A stretch of DNA of 64,000 nt from Phoronis australis (taxonomy: Eukaryota; Animalia; Phoronida). The position numbers and the translations under genes are program-made. Shown in pieces: positions 50,401 to 63,794 of the stretch; position 1 is the stretch's first letter; each line of letters starts with the position of its first letter. Below the pieces are notes generated by a model. The model saw nothing but the letters and a program-made list of their open reading frames with translations, searched no databases and was not told where the DNA came from. Where the stretch lies: the NCBI GenBank assembly GCA_002633005.1, contig NMRA01000487.1, positions 241,010 through 305,009 of the forward strand. The letters run 5' to 3'.

Positions 50401-53400
50401 TCTGAGAAATTACGCGAATAATGAGAAAAAAATTTGCAATTATATGTGTCCAAAAATTGGTGAGATTTTACGTTACTGTGTCTTTTCACAGTGCATTTTC
50501 ATGGTATGGTCGTCACGGGATGTCCAGGAGTTTTTTTGCAATCCATTTCAGTTGAGACAAATAATAAGTATGTGAAGAGGTTTATTTTGAAAGAGTTCAT
50601 CTAGCTGTGGACCAACATGTTTTTGACACCAGAATGTGGATTGTAGCATACTGAAAGTAGCTTACACCATACTTACGTCTGCTGTCCGCAATAGGTTGTC
50701 TTGCGTGTTTTCTGAAACCGAGGAAACAGATATCAATTGCTGTAGTTTTTCACAATGTCATGTAAAACTGTGGGCATTCATAACAGTGGATTTGAAAAAT
50801 AAAAAAGGACAATTTTGGTAATTTGTCCGATATTGGTGAGATTTTACCGAAATGAAAATAGCATAATAACAATAGTAAAAGTAATAGTAATAGTAATGAT
50901 TTTGTGCTTATTCTCGTCCTCACATTTTGACGACACAAACTTGAAAACATCTCGTCATGCAAAAGGATCGGGGAAGCATGTGGAGCAATTTCCCCTTTGC
51001 TTCTAAATGAATTCTCCTCTGGTTCTCTCTGCATTGGAGTGCTAGCTTGCGATATCTGCCGCTGACACCAAAGTTAGCAGTTCAAACCGTGTCGAAGTGT
51101 CGATACTTCTCTTTACTAAAAAGTCAATTCGTGCTGCGAACCAGGAGCAAAGTTAGCTGTTCATACCAACTGTCATATCCGAAAATATCAAGACGTCGTT
51201 GTCAGGTACAAGATGAGTTTACGTTAAAAATTTTCCAATTTAGGCAGTCTCAAAAATTTGGAACACCAAAATTTTAGCCGTAATCGAATTTTCTTGATTC
51301 CATTAAGATTGGGACATGGGTGATTTTGGCATTCATCATATTGCTCAAATATCAGACTGCAGTTTGTATCAACAGAATCTGAAAATAGACTTGGCAATGG
51401 GTAATATTACAGAAAATAGCTTCCGATGCAATACTTTCATGCATTACCAAAGTGTGTAACATTGAGGTGAATGATCATTTTTGTCACTGATTGTAATTCT
51501 TGAATTTGGGTACGAGCTCCAACCTTTAGCAATATCAGCAATTTTTTAAAGCCCCTAACTGGAGAAATTTTATCTCAGTAACCATGCCATCTTCCCATGT
51601 AACATTGTGGATGTGTGTAATTTAAATTTTCACGTTGCTGGCGTATATATGAAAATGTGATGTGTTTGATGTACTTAATCTGTGAGAGACATTTTTTCAG
51701 TCTTGATGGAAATTAATAAAATAGCCAGGTGTTTGCGCTCAACACTGATCATTTAAATGACTGCTCATTCACGTATGTGAATGTAACTCTAAGGGCCCTG
51801 TCACAGTAAACTGACTAGGAACGGGCAGAAACGGGCATCTTTGGCCAACATAAGGCTCAAATCAGACAGGATTGTCACTCAGATTATACAATGCAAAGGC
51901 AATTCTAGTTTCACATCCAGCTTCTTTTAGCATTAGAATCTTGTGAACACTTTTGGCTTGCAGTTCTTCATTGGTCAATCAAAGGTCACGTCAACTTGAT
52001 CATAGAGAGCATGCTTTTACCACTGTACTCTAGAACTGCATCAAATTGAAATCATTGAGTAGCAATACCTGATTTTCAAAATACCCGTATTGAAATTCAC
52101 TATCCCAACGGCTGGTGATCAGGTTTGGGGTGAATAGGGGATCAACACCCACTTACAGATCTCATATAATGCAGGCAGAAGGTTTCGCCTAACATTTGAA
52201 CACCTTTCTTGCCATCATTATGCCACACACTTCCACTGCTTTGTGGTGGGGTGTACTAACGGCTCGCAAAAAGGCAAACCTTTTTTTCTTAAAAATTTTA
52301 TTCTTCAACAATATACACTCATATTTTTTAAACGGTGTAAGGGCGAACAAAGAAAAGGCGTAAAGACTCACTCACACTTACACACTCATTCACACACTTC
52401 GTCATTTAATAATAATAATAATAATACCAATAAACAATATATGAATTTTAATTTAAAAAATACAGATATTACAGATTCATTGCATGGCAGCACTGAGGCT
52501 CTCCCACATTTTAATATCAATGTTGTCCAGTTCTTTTTGTTTCTGAAAATTAAATATTATAATTTTAATATATTTTGACGTGAATAACTTTAGAGCAGAC
52601 CAGTCTGGATGCAACTGCTGTTGGCTATGTAAATAAATAAAATATTGGGTGATAGTGATAACATAGTTAATCAAAAGGGAGAATTCAGAACTTAAATGGC
52701 AAAACATGAATTCATTCTTGGTTATTTGTTCTCTATTCTGTACTAGATTACAATAGGGACATTTATCTGAATTAACAATCTTCATCTTATATAACAAAGA
52801 GTTTTGTAATGACATATACTTAAAACATTTAATGCATGGTTCCAGGGGAAGTGTAAAAGGCAAGGAATAAATTTTTCGCATATTTTGTTTGGACACTAAA
52901 GAGATCTTGTCAAACCCCACTGATCAGGGAAAACTGGGGGTTTGGCCAATTGAACCAGACTGTATTTATCCACCTTGGCTGTGTCTCGCTCAGCTCACGA
53001 TCAAAGGGATCCCACCTAGCTGCTCTATCCATCGAGTCAGGAGCGAGGATAATTGGCTTCGCTCGTGCGGATACGATCAGCTGATTACAATCTAGCCTAG
53101 ATGACCGTACATTTTACGGAGAGCATTTTACATAGTTTTGAGTGTAATATTTGAAAAGAGGAGAGAAAAAAATGTTGGTACAACCATAAGGGTCAGCGTG
53201 GTCAGAAAGCGCCTGCGACTAACCCCTTGTTACTGCTGGTTGCTCATGAACAGAGCTTCCTCACAATAGTTTCAATAGAGCTATTGTGAGTCAACCAACT
53301 GGGGATAATATGATTGCTGAACGATTAACTGGTGCTTGCAGAAAACAAGATTGTCCTCACAAATTTAGCCCTTTATTCTTAATTTCATGTATACCATTAA

Positions 53401-56400
53401 AAATGTCGATCAGAAACATCTCTGTTTGTGTTCGAACGGTGAAATTTGATGCACAACTTCCCAGTTCATAAAAATATTGCACACAAGAGAAGCCTTAAAT
53501 TAATGCGCATGTGATGCCGTTGCATTCAGTTGACAAAATTGGTCGGTTAAAGCTCAAGAAAACGGAAAATTTTATTCTTAAGATACCTAAAACTTGATGT
53601 GTTACTTTATGTGTAACAGGGCCAAGAAACGGTAACTTATTTCGCATTTTATGGAATTGAATAAGAACTATTTTCTTGCCCATTGACAACCGACTGTAGT
53701 GCGCAGACGACAAGTGACCATGCAGCGCTCCACTTGGATTGCTACTAATTCTCACGTGGCAACAGTGCAGAAGTGCGCGCGTGCAAGCTTCACGTGTTGG
53801 AGAGATTAACTACCGAATTCGCCCTAATAAGCCTCTATGCCCCTATAAGCGCACCCCTAGCATTTTCTAACTGCTAAAATAAGCGCTCAGTGCATGAACG
53901 CCACCATATTTGCGAAAAATGCCTTACCTACCTACAGTTAAAATTGTATAGTAACATCTTCAATTTATCAATAAGAACGGACAGTCCTGAAAAAAATCAT
54001 TGTGTGCGAAATTTGTAGACCACGAGCCTCGCCGCTGTATCGGTATTAGCCGTGAATATACACTCCAAACTTCCGCCGTGCTTTAAAAAAAACGCAAAAG
54101 TTTTGCTGATCTTGCAAGGGACGTGTTCTATTATGGTCTGGCCTTTCAGAGTGTACTAGTCAACGGGATTGTGGTATTACAGTATCTTTCCCGCACAGAT
54201 CTTATCGTCAACAGAAATCCAGATTTTCTGTATATGTGGAAACTGCGAATCGAAGACTAATAAAAACTTGGCCTTAGTTAAAAGCACAGGGTCAAGAAGC
54301 GCGCGCTACGTACAAGTACTTGTCATCGAATGTTAGTCTTCGGGAACTATCTATTCATGAAAGGGGTAGCATAGCATCGTCAAGAAATCAATACTGGCAC
54401 TTACATGTTTTTCCGAAAGTTTATACAATCGTAAAAACGTTTGCGTTATTTTTAGGAGGAATTATTAAATTAATCGTAGTTGGTGTTTTTAAAGTCGAAA
54501 TGACAAACTGATAGTGAAAACTTCCGCACCCTCACACCCCAGAAACTCCCGATCGCAGAATGGTGAATGTTGGCCAAAACCCCTTTTGTCCACTGACGTC
54601 ACACGCATGCTAGCGCCCCCCAACGGAGGTTAGGAGACTTTGCAGTGGTAGTCTGCCCTTGTACACTCTGCAGTTTGTTTACACATCTGGTAACTCGACT
54701 CAGGGTGATGACATCATTTGTGTCTAACAAAGATACTCTATACCGATATATTTGTTTGTATGCCAGGCCACGGACAGTGCTCTTCTTGAATGGAACTATT
54801 TACGGATATTTAGGCAAACCTTTGGCAAATGTGAGTCAACTTTGAACAAAAACATCATTTTGGTCGACATAATTTTCAAAATTTCAATGAAAAACAAAAT
54901 AACTGAATGTTCGGCCACATTCCACTCACAGACAGCAGACGTCTTATCACTGATGTAAATCATTAGAAGCTGAAACATAAACACAACCTCTGCATACTTA
55001 GTAACGTGGCCATTCACAGTACCTGGCGCGGATGCAGGACTGATCAGTTCAGACACTCAACTGAGTCTAGTGAACCCGTGCAATGGGAGTCTAGATATGG
55101 TATCAGAGGTGAAAACTGTCTGTAAAACGTTTTAATACCGGGACTTAAAGGTGGTTTAAAGTTAAACCTGGTTTAAACTGGACTTAGACCTGATTTAAAG
55201 ATAAGCTGCATTTCATAAAGGTGGTTTAACTTTTAGACCAGTGGTTTAGTAAAACCTGGTTTAACTCCAGTTTAGACCTGATCCAAGTCAGTTTTTATTT
55301 CACCAAGGAGGTGTATATTACTTAGACCTGTATTAAGATCTTAAACTAGGTTTTAATTTAGACTTGGTCAGACAGAGGTTTAATATGGCAGACTTGTACG
55401 ATATGAGTGCAACTGAATGATGTGGTGTACATTTACGACACAGTTTTAGAGCGAGAACGGACTATTTTCTATATTCAGTTTTAGGACGACACAAGCTCAA
55501 ACGTATTACGGGAGACCAAGAATTTTTAAAGGGGGGTCAGATCAAGGATTTTTAAAAGGAAGGCCTGGGTCAACAATTTAGAAGTTATAGATTTGATATA
55601 ACTAAAATCAAGGGAAAAGTGGTCCCGACCCCTTGAACCCCTGGATCTGCCTATACGTAGACCAGTACGTACTGAAGGGCAAATCCTTTGGATTCCTCAG
55701 AATCTGACCGTTCGAGCAGAGTGTCATCGTCGAAAGCGCTACGCGTATGTCTAAAAAGGCTACTAATGATTATTCTGGCCGAGTTCCATCTCAATTGATC
55801 CCCGGTTTAAGGTTGCCACCCCTGTGCCCCACCCCTTTAGCCGCAAAAAAGTAAATGACATGGAAATAAATGTGTGCATTACTATGTTGCGGTTAATCGT
55901 GAACAAGTACTTTAATGTGTGTACTTGTGTTGTACACAGACAATACAAAATGAAAAATATCTCCTCATGATATCCTAGATCTGCCACTGTGTCTCTCTCC
56001 GTTTTTCCTTTCAATTTTTTCACTGATGAAATTTTCTTTCTGGCCTTTATTCTGGATCAATATCTTCCCAATCCTGCTGCTTACATTGACTTGATTTGGC
56101 ACCAATTTTCTTGTTGTTGACTATGACATTGACTTTTTCCTCGTGAAAAGCTTTTTAGCCCTTTTTCGCAAAAGACTGGGCTGACTCTACTGCTGTGTGC
56201 CATTGTGTACCCACATTATCAAGGTTTCATTGAAGCACTTCAATAGTTTCTTTGATGGGTTAATCTGGATCGACACAGTAGGGTGGCTTGGATACTTTAA
56301 ACCTGGTTTTACTAAACCTGATTCATGGTCTAACAAAACCAGGCTTTCAGACTTTTAAACCATGTTGGGGAAATGCAAGTTAGGTCTGAACTTGGACCAG

Positions 56401-59400
56401 GTTTAGGAAGACCAGGTTTAAGTCTTAAACCGGGTTTTGTTAAACCACCTTTATGAAATCGGCTGTTAATGTTTTGCTCCATGGTAGAGCTGACGACCGT
56501 CGGCATGTGCACACAAAATCTGTGAGTTAACCGGCACTCACCTTGTACGTTGCAGCCGTTTAAGTGAAAAACAATCTAATAAACGCCATTTTCTTGCATA
56601 ATCCTCTACCTTTTGTAACAAAAAAGTCTGTCATCGATTACCCGCAGGCGCTCGCTCACTCACTGTCATATGCAGACGAACTTCAAAACAAACGTCACGA
56701 ACATGTGTGTTCATCCAGAGATTTTTCTCATGTTGTGGGATACGGTGTAGCGCAGATTTGGACTTAATTGCAATTAATCTGGTCTCCACATGAACTTTAA
56801 AAATTGTAAAACATAAGGAAGATTTCAGGTAATTTGTTGAGTCAAAACTATATTTTTATTCAATAATTCAAGTTTTCCAATCGACGATCGCGATTCAGCG
56901 ACGTATCAGTCGGCAAGTTTTTGCCCTGGGATTTCAACACAATTTTTTGAAAACTGATCGTAATTTAACAACGGAGTTTGATAGCAATACACCACAATTT
57001 TGTAGAAAGACTGTCGTAGGCTACAAATACAAATTTGATAAATTTGGTAAATTTGATGAATCCTAGCTTCCGATTTTACCCGTTTCGGAAACCGGGTTTC
57101 AACTGCCTCCCCGTAAAATGAATTTTTTTAAGCGTTTATTAGAGCCAATTCAGTATACAGCTTTCCACCAAGGCTAGGTGATGCTACAACATTCTTTGTT
57201 GCATTATTTAACTGGTCTTGGCTAATTATCATTTTATGGCCTGGACATCCATTCAGCCAAAAGTAGTTCCATAGGTGGCTTATCAGCCAATTATTCATGC
57301 ATGCTGACTCACAATAGAAGCCTGATAAGAGTGAAGGTGGATAAATGCAGTGTGCCTACAGTTTCTTGTGGTAGTGGATGTGTGCAACAATTTTTCATAA
57401 TTGTCTGGTTTTTTGCAATACTTTTGTAACAAAATACTCTTGATTTTTTCTTTTGCAATTTTATTATAATCTAAGCAAATTTTATTGTTGCAGGCAACCA
57501 ATCGCTGATGACCTTGATCAATTTTTCTTGATAAAATAATATATATTGAATTAAAACTTAGAATTTGAGAATTTAACAATTTATATTTTGCCTTGAGCAC
57601 ATCCTATGATAAAAGCTTATTTTCACCATCAAGAAAGTCATTGATGAAACACAACCCATTCTTAGCAAACTCTTTATAATATAGTGACTGATTATTAAGT
57701 GTTATCTCTCTGTTATACCATATAATCTGATCACAAACAGGTACATCTTTAAAAGCATTACGATTCAACTGCTCACTCACTGACAAACCTCTCTGTAAAG
57801 AACATCATTTACCGTTCTAAACAGTTTGTTTACTTTAAAATTACATGACCACAACAGTTCACCACCGTAACTCTTTAGGATATATTGTGGATAAAACTTC
57901 CAACTTCCACATTCAAGAGACTGAAGTCTTTTAACCCAGTTGACTAAAAGGCCTTCCTTTATAAGGGTCATGTCAGGAACTTTTAAACCACCATATCCAT
58001 GAGAGGCCATTGCAACGCTTTTCTTTATTTTAGGTGGTTTCCCTGCCCAAGGGCAAACCTCTTGAAATATCCATGGATGAAGGACATCATGTTCCATACA
58101 TTCCCACTCGAACTAGAAACTGGCTGTGTAGCCAGTTGCTGGGACTGATAAAGCGGGAGAATTGCGACCCAGACAATGCCAAAAAGCTAAAATGAATTAG
58201 TGAACTCCACCTTATCACACAATGATAAGGACCGACAGTAGGATTTATTCGTCTGTCTTTAAATTAATGAACCACAATGCAGTAATTGAATTTCTGTCCT
58301 CTGTATCTATCGCAGTTGGGATCAAGCGGAAATCACTTTCTTGCTCTCATTACTCTAGAGAACAACGATATGAAAATTCCTGTATTGGATAAATGTTCTT
58401 CAGAACAACTACAGGAAATGAGAAAAGTAAGAGCAATATTGAAATCCACATAACAATTAGATTGTAGCTTAGTATGGTAAAGTCTGACCAAATGACATCG
58501 TCCTCAAGATGCTCACGACGTTGTAATATTAACAGGCCGGGTTTTTATTCTGTTTTCGAGATGATACTAAGAACGTTGGTGTGACAGTGCGTGTAATATC
58601 TTCACAGTATTTTTCTAATTAGTCTAGGCAAACCGTAAGTGACTATAAGGAATGTCAAAAGGCCCTTTCGCGCGAGTTTTAGTGATTAAATAAGCAGCTA
58701 TTTTTCAGGGTAAGAATCAAAAACAGGTTGCTCCCTAATATGTTGTTTAATGGACATTTTGTGATTCGTCTCGGTCTTCCAATTACATATTGTTAATAAG
58801 TATACAAGACAAGGTCATACGTCCATAGACTGCACAAAGACAACAATTTTTTACAGTTACGGTCACGATTATCAATATGTTATTTCCCATGGTTGCTGAC
58901 GATAATTAATAAAAAGATTTATAGATGTATTAGGTAAGGGGTGCAAAAAGTGGGGGGCAATTACCCCCAGAATTGTGTTACGGGGAGTAAATTGGTGATG
59001 ACTGGGGGGGGTGTAGAATTGGTCCTGTACACTTGCGAAAATGACAACAATTGTGACCAGTCCTCAATTCTCTTGTAGAGGATTAAGTCCTCCACCAATC
59101 AATTTATGCTCCACCCCTGAGAAGATTGAAGAATATAAACTATAGCAAAATATTACCAATTTCAGACAAAAACAATTACCAGAAATGCCTATTTTCATTT
59201 TTCAAAATGTTTATAACATGGTTGTGAATGCCTGCAAAACTTTGTGGTCACTGTGGTACAAAACTTAAATGTGGAAAACCATTTTTAAATTAAAATTTGG
59301 TCCTACGTATGTTTCATGGAAAAGATGATAAAATAAAATGTTTACTCGTCAGTCATACTGTGTCCCGAATTGGTAATATTTTACAGTACATGTGCATACC

Positions 59401-59538
59401 TGCCCTTTCATTCCTACACTGCTGAACTGCTTTTTGTCGTGTGATGGAGTATTGGATGAAGACCACAGCAGTTAGGACCCATACTAGTGTTATCTTTCCA
59501 CATGTACGGAAGTGACACCGTCGGACTTTCATTACCAT
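46704..59538 (-). CDS. MGAT4C-like (GT54) alpha-1,3-mannosyl-glycoprotein 4-beta-N-acetylglucosaminyltransferase, about 324 aa; complement join(59400..59538,49348..49446,46704..47440)
   Basis: Catalytic exon has [25 protein letters not shown]...[41 protein letters not shown] and LFNHIG..SS. The first exon has a basic tail plus a single TM anchor. The two upstream exons are less certain. Confidence 0.82.
48178..48429. mobile_element. Transib-like MITE
   Basis: Perfect 15-bp TIR CATGCGCGCACCCAG; 5-bp TSD TAATT on both sides. Confidence 0.75.
49348..49446 (-). CDS. MGAT4C-like stem exon ([13 protein letters not shown]...IIGYQRNTV)
   Basis: Strong gtaagt donor, phase 1; open frame joins the catalytic exon. 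Acceptor ambiguous among three adjacent AGs. Confidence 0.6.
52290..52900 (-). mobile_element. L1/Tx1-type LINE 3' fragment
   Basis: [19 protein letters not shown] zf-RVT relic, LINYVI..TQYFIY; AT-rich 3' tail. Confidence 0.65.
53813..57153 (-). mobile_element. Tc1/mariner-like family copy 3 (inverted, older), interrupted by nested insertions at about 54530-56600
   Basis: ta-ccgaattcgccctaataag at the left end and ttattagagccaattcag-ta at the right. 53870-54500 and 56870-57110 are reverse-complement homologues of copies 1 and 2. Confidence 0.75.
55204..56464. mobile_element. Degenerate PIF/Harbinger element
   Basis: TIR atttcataaaggtggtttaa / ttaaaccacctttatgaaat with AAACCTGGTTT subterminal repeats. 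Minus-strand relic ...[20 protein letters not shown] resembles the Harbinger Myb/SANT protein. Confidence 0.6.
57390..58040 (-). mobile_element. L1/Tx1-type LINE ORF2 fragment (post-RT region), frameshifted
   Basis: GYGGLKVPD...[15 protein letters not shown]...LYYKEF..NGL.FINDF motifs. Confidence 0.75.
59400..59538 (-). CDS. MGAT4C-like first coding exon ([32 protein letters not shown]...)
   Basis: ctttttgcag acceptor just before the ATG; type II signal anchor; cag|gtatgc donor, phase 1. Confidence 0.65.
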
Positions 59539-59642
59539 GATTCTGCAAAAAGAATGAAATTTCACTGTCAGATTCAATATCCTGTGCTACCATCTATTAT
59601 AAATTTAACGAATTTCAGACAAAAATCTTTTTCAGAATTGCT

Positions 59643-62600
59643 TTTTATGTGGCTTCATGCCAATTCATTATGTCGTCATCCCAGTCCATCCATCCATCCA
59701 TCCATCCATCCAGCCATCCATCCAGCCATCCATCCATCCATCCAGCCGTCCGTCCGTCCGTCCATCCATCCATCCAGCCGTCCGTCCGTCCGTCCGTCCA
59801 TCCGTCCATCCATCCAACAGCCGCTGCTATATCATCAAAACCACTTGATGGATTCTCATGAAATTTTGCAAACATGTTCATATCATGGATGGGATAACAC
59901 GGGCATATATGACTACCGGTGCTTACCCTGGTGACAATTTTAGTTTGTTATGTTTGTCTCTGTATCTTTGTGGCTCCTGGATGAAATTTGACAAATAAGT
60001 TTATTAAAGAGACAATGACACGTTACCATTTTCGGGTAGATTGGGCATTTTTGCGCCACCTAGTGTACATTCTGTTATTTTCCAACCAGTTTTTTGGCGT
60101 CTGCCTCTGGGACAAACTATTGTAATGATCATTATGAAATTTGGCATATGTGTTCCTACTGGGAAGAGCACAGCTGAGGATGGTTTTTGTACTGCTCCGA
60201 CTGCTGTGGCACCCCCCCAGTGGCATTTTTTTCTTATGTGCAGTTGTATCTCCTAGACCTCTTGCAGGCTCTTTGTTAAAATTGATTTGTGTATTTCAAG
60301 GAATGTGGCAACAGGTCACAACCACTTTTGGACCGATCTGATTACCATTGCGATTCCTTGTGGCAATTTATTTTTTACACGTTCCTTTGTTTCTTTGGAT
60401 TCTTTGATGAATCATTACAAATGGGCTTCTACTAGAGACAACACCTTTTCATTTTCATGTCGCCTGTCACCCAGTAGTCATTTTCATGCGCCCACATATT
60501 TATGTGTGGACGCGTTATGCCGTCATCTATGTCCGTGCGGCGTCCGTCTGTCTGGCGTCCGGTGCCCAGCGTCTGCTGCTCTATCTCCAAAACGCCTTGA
60601 CGTATGGTCATGAAATTTTGCACGTGTTCCTTCTAGGGATAGGAAGGCATGAGCGAACTTTCAGACGGATCCGACTACCGGTGTGTCCCCTAGTGGCAAT
60701 TTTAGTTTTTTACGTTTACCTCTGTATCTTCAAAAGTTTTGAACAGATTTTCATAAAATTTGGTATATAGGCACCTATTAGCGAGATGACGCTATCCTCT
60801 CATTTTCGGATGGATTCGACATAGTTTGTGCCACCTAGAGGCCATTTTTATGCGCCCACATATTTATATGTGGACGCATTATGCCGTCATCTCTGTCCGT
60901 CCGTCCGTCCGTCCGTCCGTCCGGGCGGCGTCCGTCCGACGTCCGGCGTCTGGCGTCCGGCGTCCGCTGCTCTATCTCCAAAACCCTTTGACATACGTTC
61001 ATGAAATTTGGCACATATGTTCCATTCATGAATGGGACGGCATGTGCGAACTTTCGGACGGATCCGACTACCGGTGTGCCCCCTAGTGGCAATTTTAGTT
61101 TTTTACGCTTACCTTTGTATCTTCAAAAGTATTGAACGGATTTTCATGAAATTTGGTATGTAGGCACCTATTAGTGAGATGACGCTATCCTACTGTTTTC
61201 AGATGGATTCGACGTAGTTTGCGCCACCTAGTGGCCATTTTTACTGTTTTCGAGTCTGTATTTTTGCGTCCACCCCTCTATCAACCAAACCGCTCAAAGG
61301 ATGATTGTGAAAATTGGCGTGTATGTGCTTACTATAAGGAAGACAGCTGACAATGATTTTCAGACGATTTGGACTACTGTGGCGCCTCCTAGTGGCAGTT
61401 TTGTTTTTTTGCGCCCATGGCTGTATCTCCCAAACCGTTCGCAGGATCTTTACTAAATTTAGCAAGTGTATTTATGTGATGTTGACAACGGACGATGACG
61501 ACTTTAGGATGATTCTGATTACCGGTATGCCTCTAGTGGCAATTTTAGTATTTGCCTCTAGTGGCAATTTTAGTATTTTACATTGACCTCTGTATTTTCA
61601 TAGGTCTTCAGGTGTATACTTTGTGTTACTTCGTGACTGTGAAGGAAAAGTTCCAAGTAGAAATTTGTTTCTGGCATTCTAATGCTGTGCTAATCTCGTA
61701 TGTTGGTAAATTTGTTTTTAATTCTATGTTTCTGTGGTGCTTTAAGCAACTGGTGTATAGGATGTGCTTGTATTATGAAGATTACTCACATTTTGCCCCT
61801 AGCCTATTGAGGAGACAAGGACCATGCCTTTCCATTTTGCAATGTAGAACATACTACATATATGCCCTCTACTGGCCACTTTATGGTACCAATAAACAAC
61901 CCTAGAAGGATACCGTATGCGGTGCAATTGTGGGCGCATTTCAACGCTCTGCGTTGCTCTTGTTACTGTTTTCGAGTTTTTTGCGTCCGCCCCTCTATCA
62001 ACCAAACCGCTCAAAGGATGATTGTGAAAATTGGCATGTATGTTCTTAATTTGAAGTGGACGGCCGACGATGATTTTCTGACGATTTTGACTACTTTGGC
62101 GCCTCCTAGTGGCATTTTTTGCTCCTAAACTGTTTGCAGGATCTTTACTAAATTTAATAAGTGTACTTATATGATGTTTTAAAACAACAAAGGACGGCAA
62201 CTTTCAGACGGATCTGACTACTGGTGTGCCACCTAGTGGCAATTTTATTTTTTTACGTTAACTTCTGTATGTTCTAGGGTCCTCAAAGTATTTTCATAAA
62301 ATTTGGCATACCGACATCTATTATTGAGATGACGCTATCTCTTTTTTTAGATGGATTCGACCTAGTTTGCGCCACCTAGTGGCCATTTTTGCTGTTTTCG
62401 AGTCTGTTGTTAAGCATCCACTCGTCTATCAACCAAACCGCTTTCAGGTTAATTGTGAAAATTGGCATGTATGTTTTTACTATGAAGTAGATGGCTGACT
62501 CCGATTTTCCCACGAGTTCGACTACTGTGGCACCTCCTAGTGGTTGTTTTTTTTTTGCGCACATGGCTGTATCTCCTAAACTGTTTGCAGCATCTTTACT

Positions 62601-63780
62601 TAGTTTAACAAGTGTACTTATTTTATATGATGTTGACAACGGACAACGACTTTCGGACGGATCTGAAATTTTGAATATAGGTATCTATTAGTGAGACGAC
62701 GCTATCATCCTGTTTTTGGATGGAATCATGCTATTTTGCGCTACCTGGTGGTCATTTTTGCTGTTTTCAAATCCTGTTTTTGGCGTCCACCCCTCTATCA
62801 ACCAAATCATTCTGGGGATGGTTTTGAAAATTGGCGTCTATGTTTTCAGTGTGAAGAGAACGTTTGATGATGGCAACTGACTACTTTGGCACCTCCTTGT
62901 GGTAGTTTTGTTTTGTTTTGCACCCATAGCTATATCTGCAAAACCCACCGCAGGATCTTTATTAAAGTTAGTTTGTGAATTTATATGAAGATAACAGACC
63001 ACGACTTCAGGCGGATCAAACAGACGCTTTGCCCACATGTGGCAATTTCATTTTGTTGCGTTTTCCTTTGGTTCTCTAGGGTTACTTGATAGGTTTTTAT
63101 GAAATATGGCATGTTCCCATTTTTGGATGGATTGTACGTTTTTGCGCCATCTAGTGGCCATTATTATGATACAGATGAGTAATCCTAAAAGCACACCATT
63201 TGCGTTGCATTCGTAGGAGCATTTCAACGCTCCGCGTTGCCCTTGTTATTATTTTTAGCCTGGTTTTCGACATGTGCTTGTTGGCCAAATCACTCTAAGG
63301 ATCATGAAAATTGACATATGTGTTCCTATTTGGAAGTGCGTGGCTGATGATTGTTCACTGAGTCTGACTTTTGTGCCGCCCTCTTGTCCCAATTTTATTT
63401 TTTCCTTTGCCACATTGCAAGTTCCTTTAAGTTGGATCTTCTTGAAATTTGGCATGTGTTTGTATTTAGGAGAGTACCACTTAATAGCTGGATTTTGTGA
63501 CAAATACAGCTTAACTGTGGAGTCGCCATTCAGGACAATTTTGTTTTTCTTTGTGTTTGTCATGATGTCTACCAAGTTCCTTTATGGATGTTCTTCAAAT
63601 TTGGCAAATAAGTTATTGTCACATAGACAATTGCGCTGGCCCGTTTCAGATGGAATTTACCTGTATGTTGTGGTATCTAGTGGCCTCTCTGTTGTTTTTT
63701 GTGCCTTTCTGTCTTCCAAACTTCTTGAAGAATCTTTATCAAAGGTGGCAAGTATATTCCCATTTCTGACTCATTTTACA
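59643..63780 (+). mobile_element. Cluster of three nested HINE-like elements (outer from 59643; middle about 60483-63247; inner about 60848-61964)
   Basis: Repeated subTIR atgcgcccacatattt, (TCCA/TCCG)n microsatellites, and caacgc-nnn-gcgttg terminal hairpins at about 61942 and 63225; same family as 29208-30984. Confidence 0.8.
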
Positions 63781-63794
63781 CCCTCTAGATGCTA

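Noticed and set aside
59512-59934. PSIH/DGWM-repeat ORFs (also 29092-29365 and 60826-61092)
   Set aside because: Translations of (TCCA/TCCG)n microsatellites inside the HINE elements.
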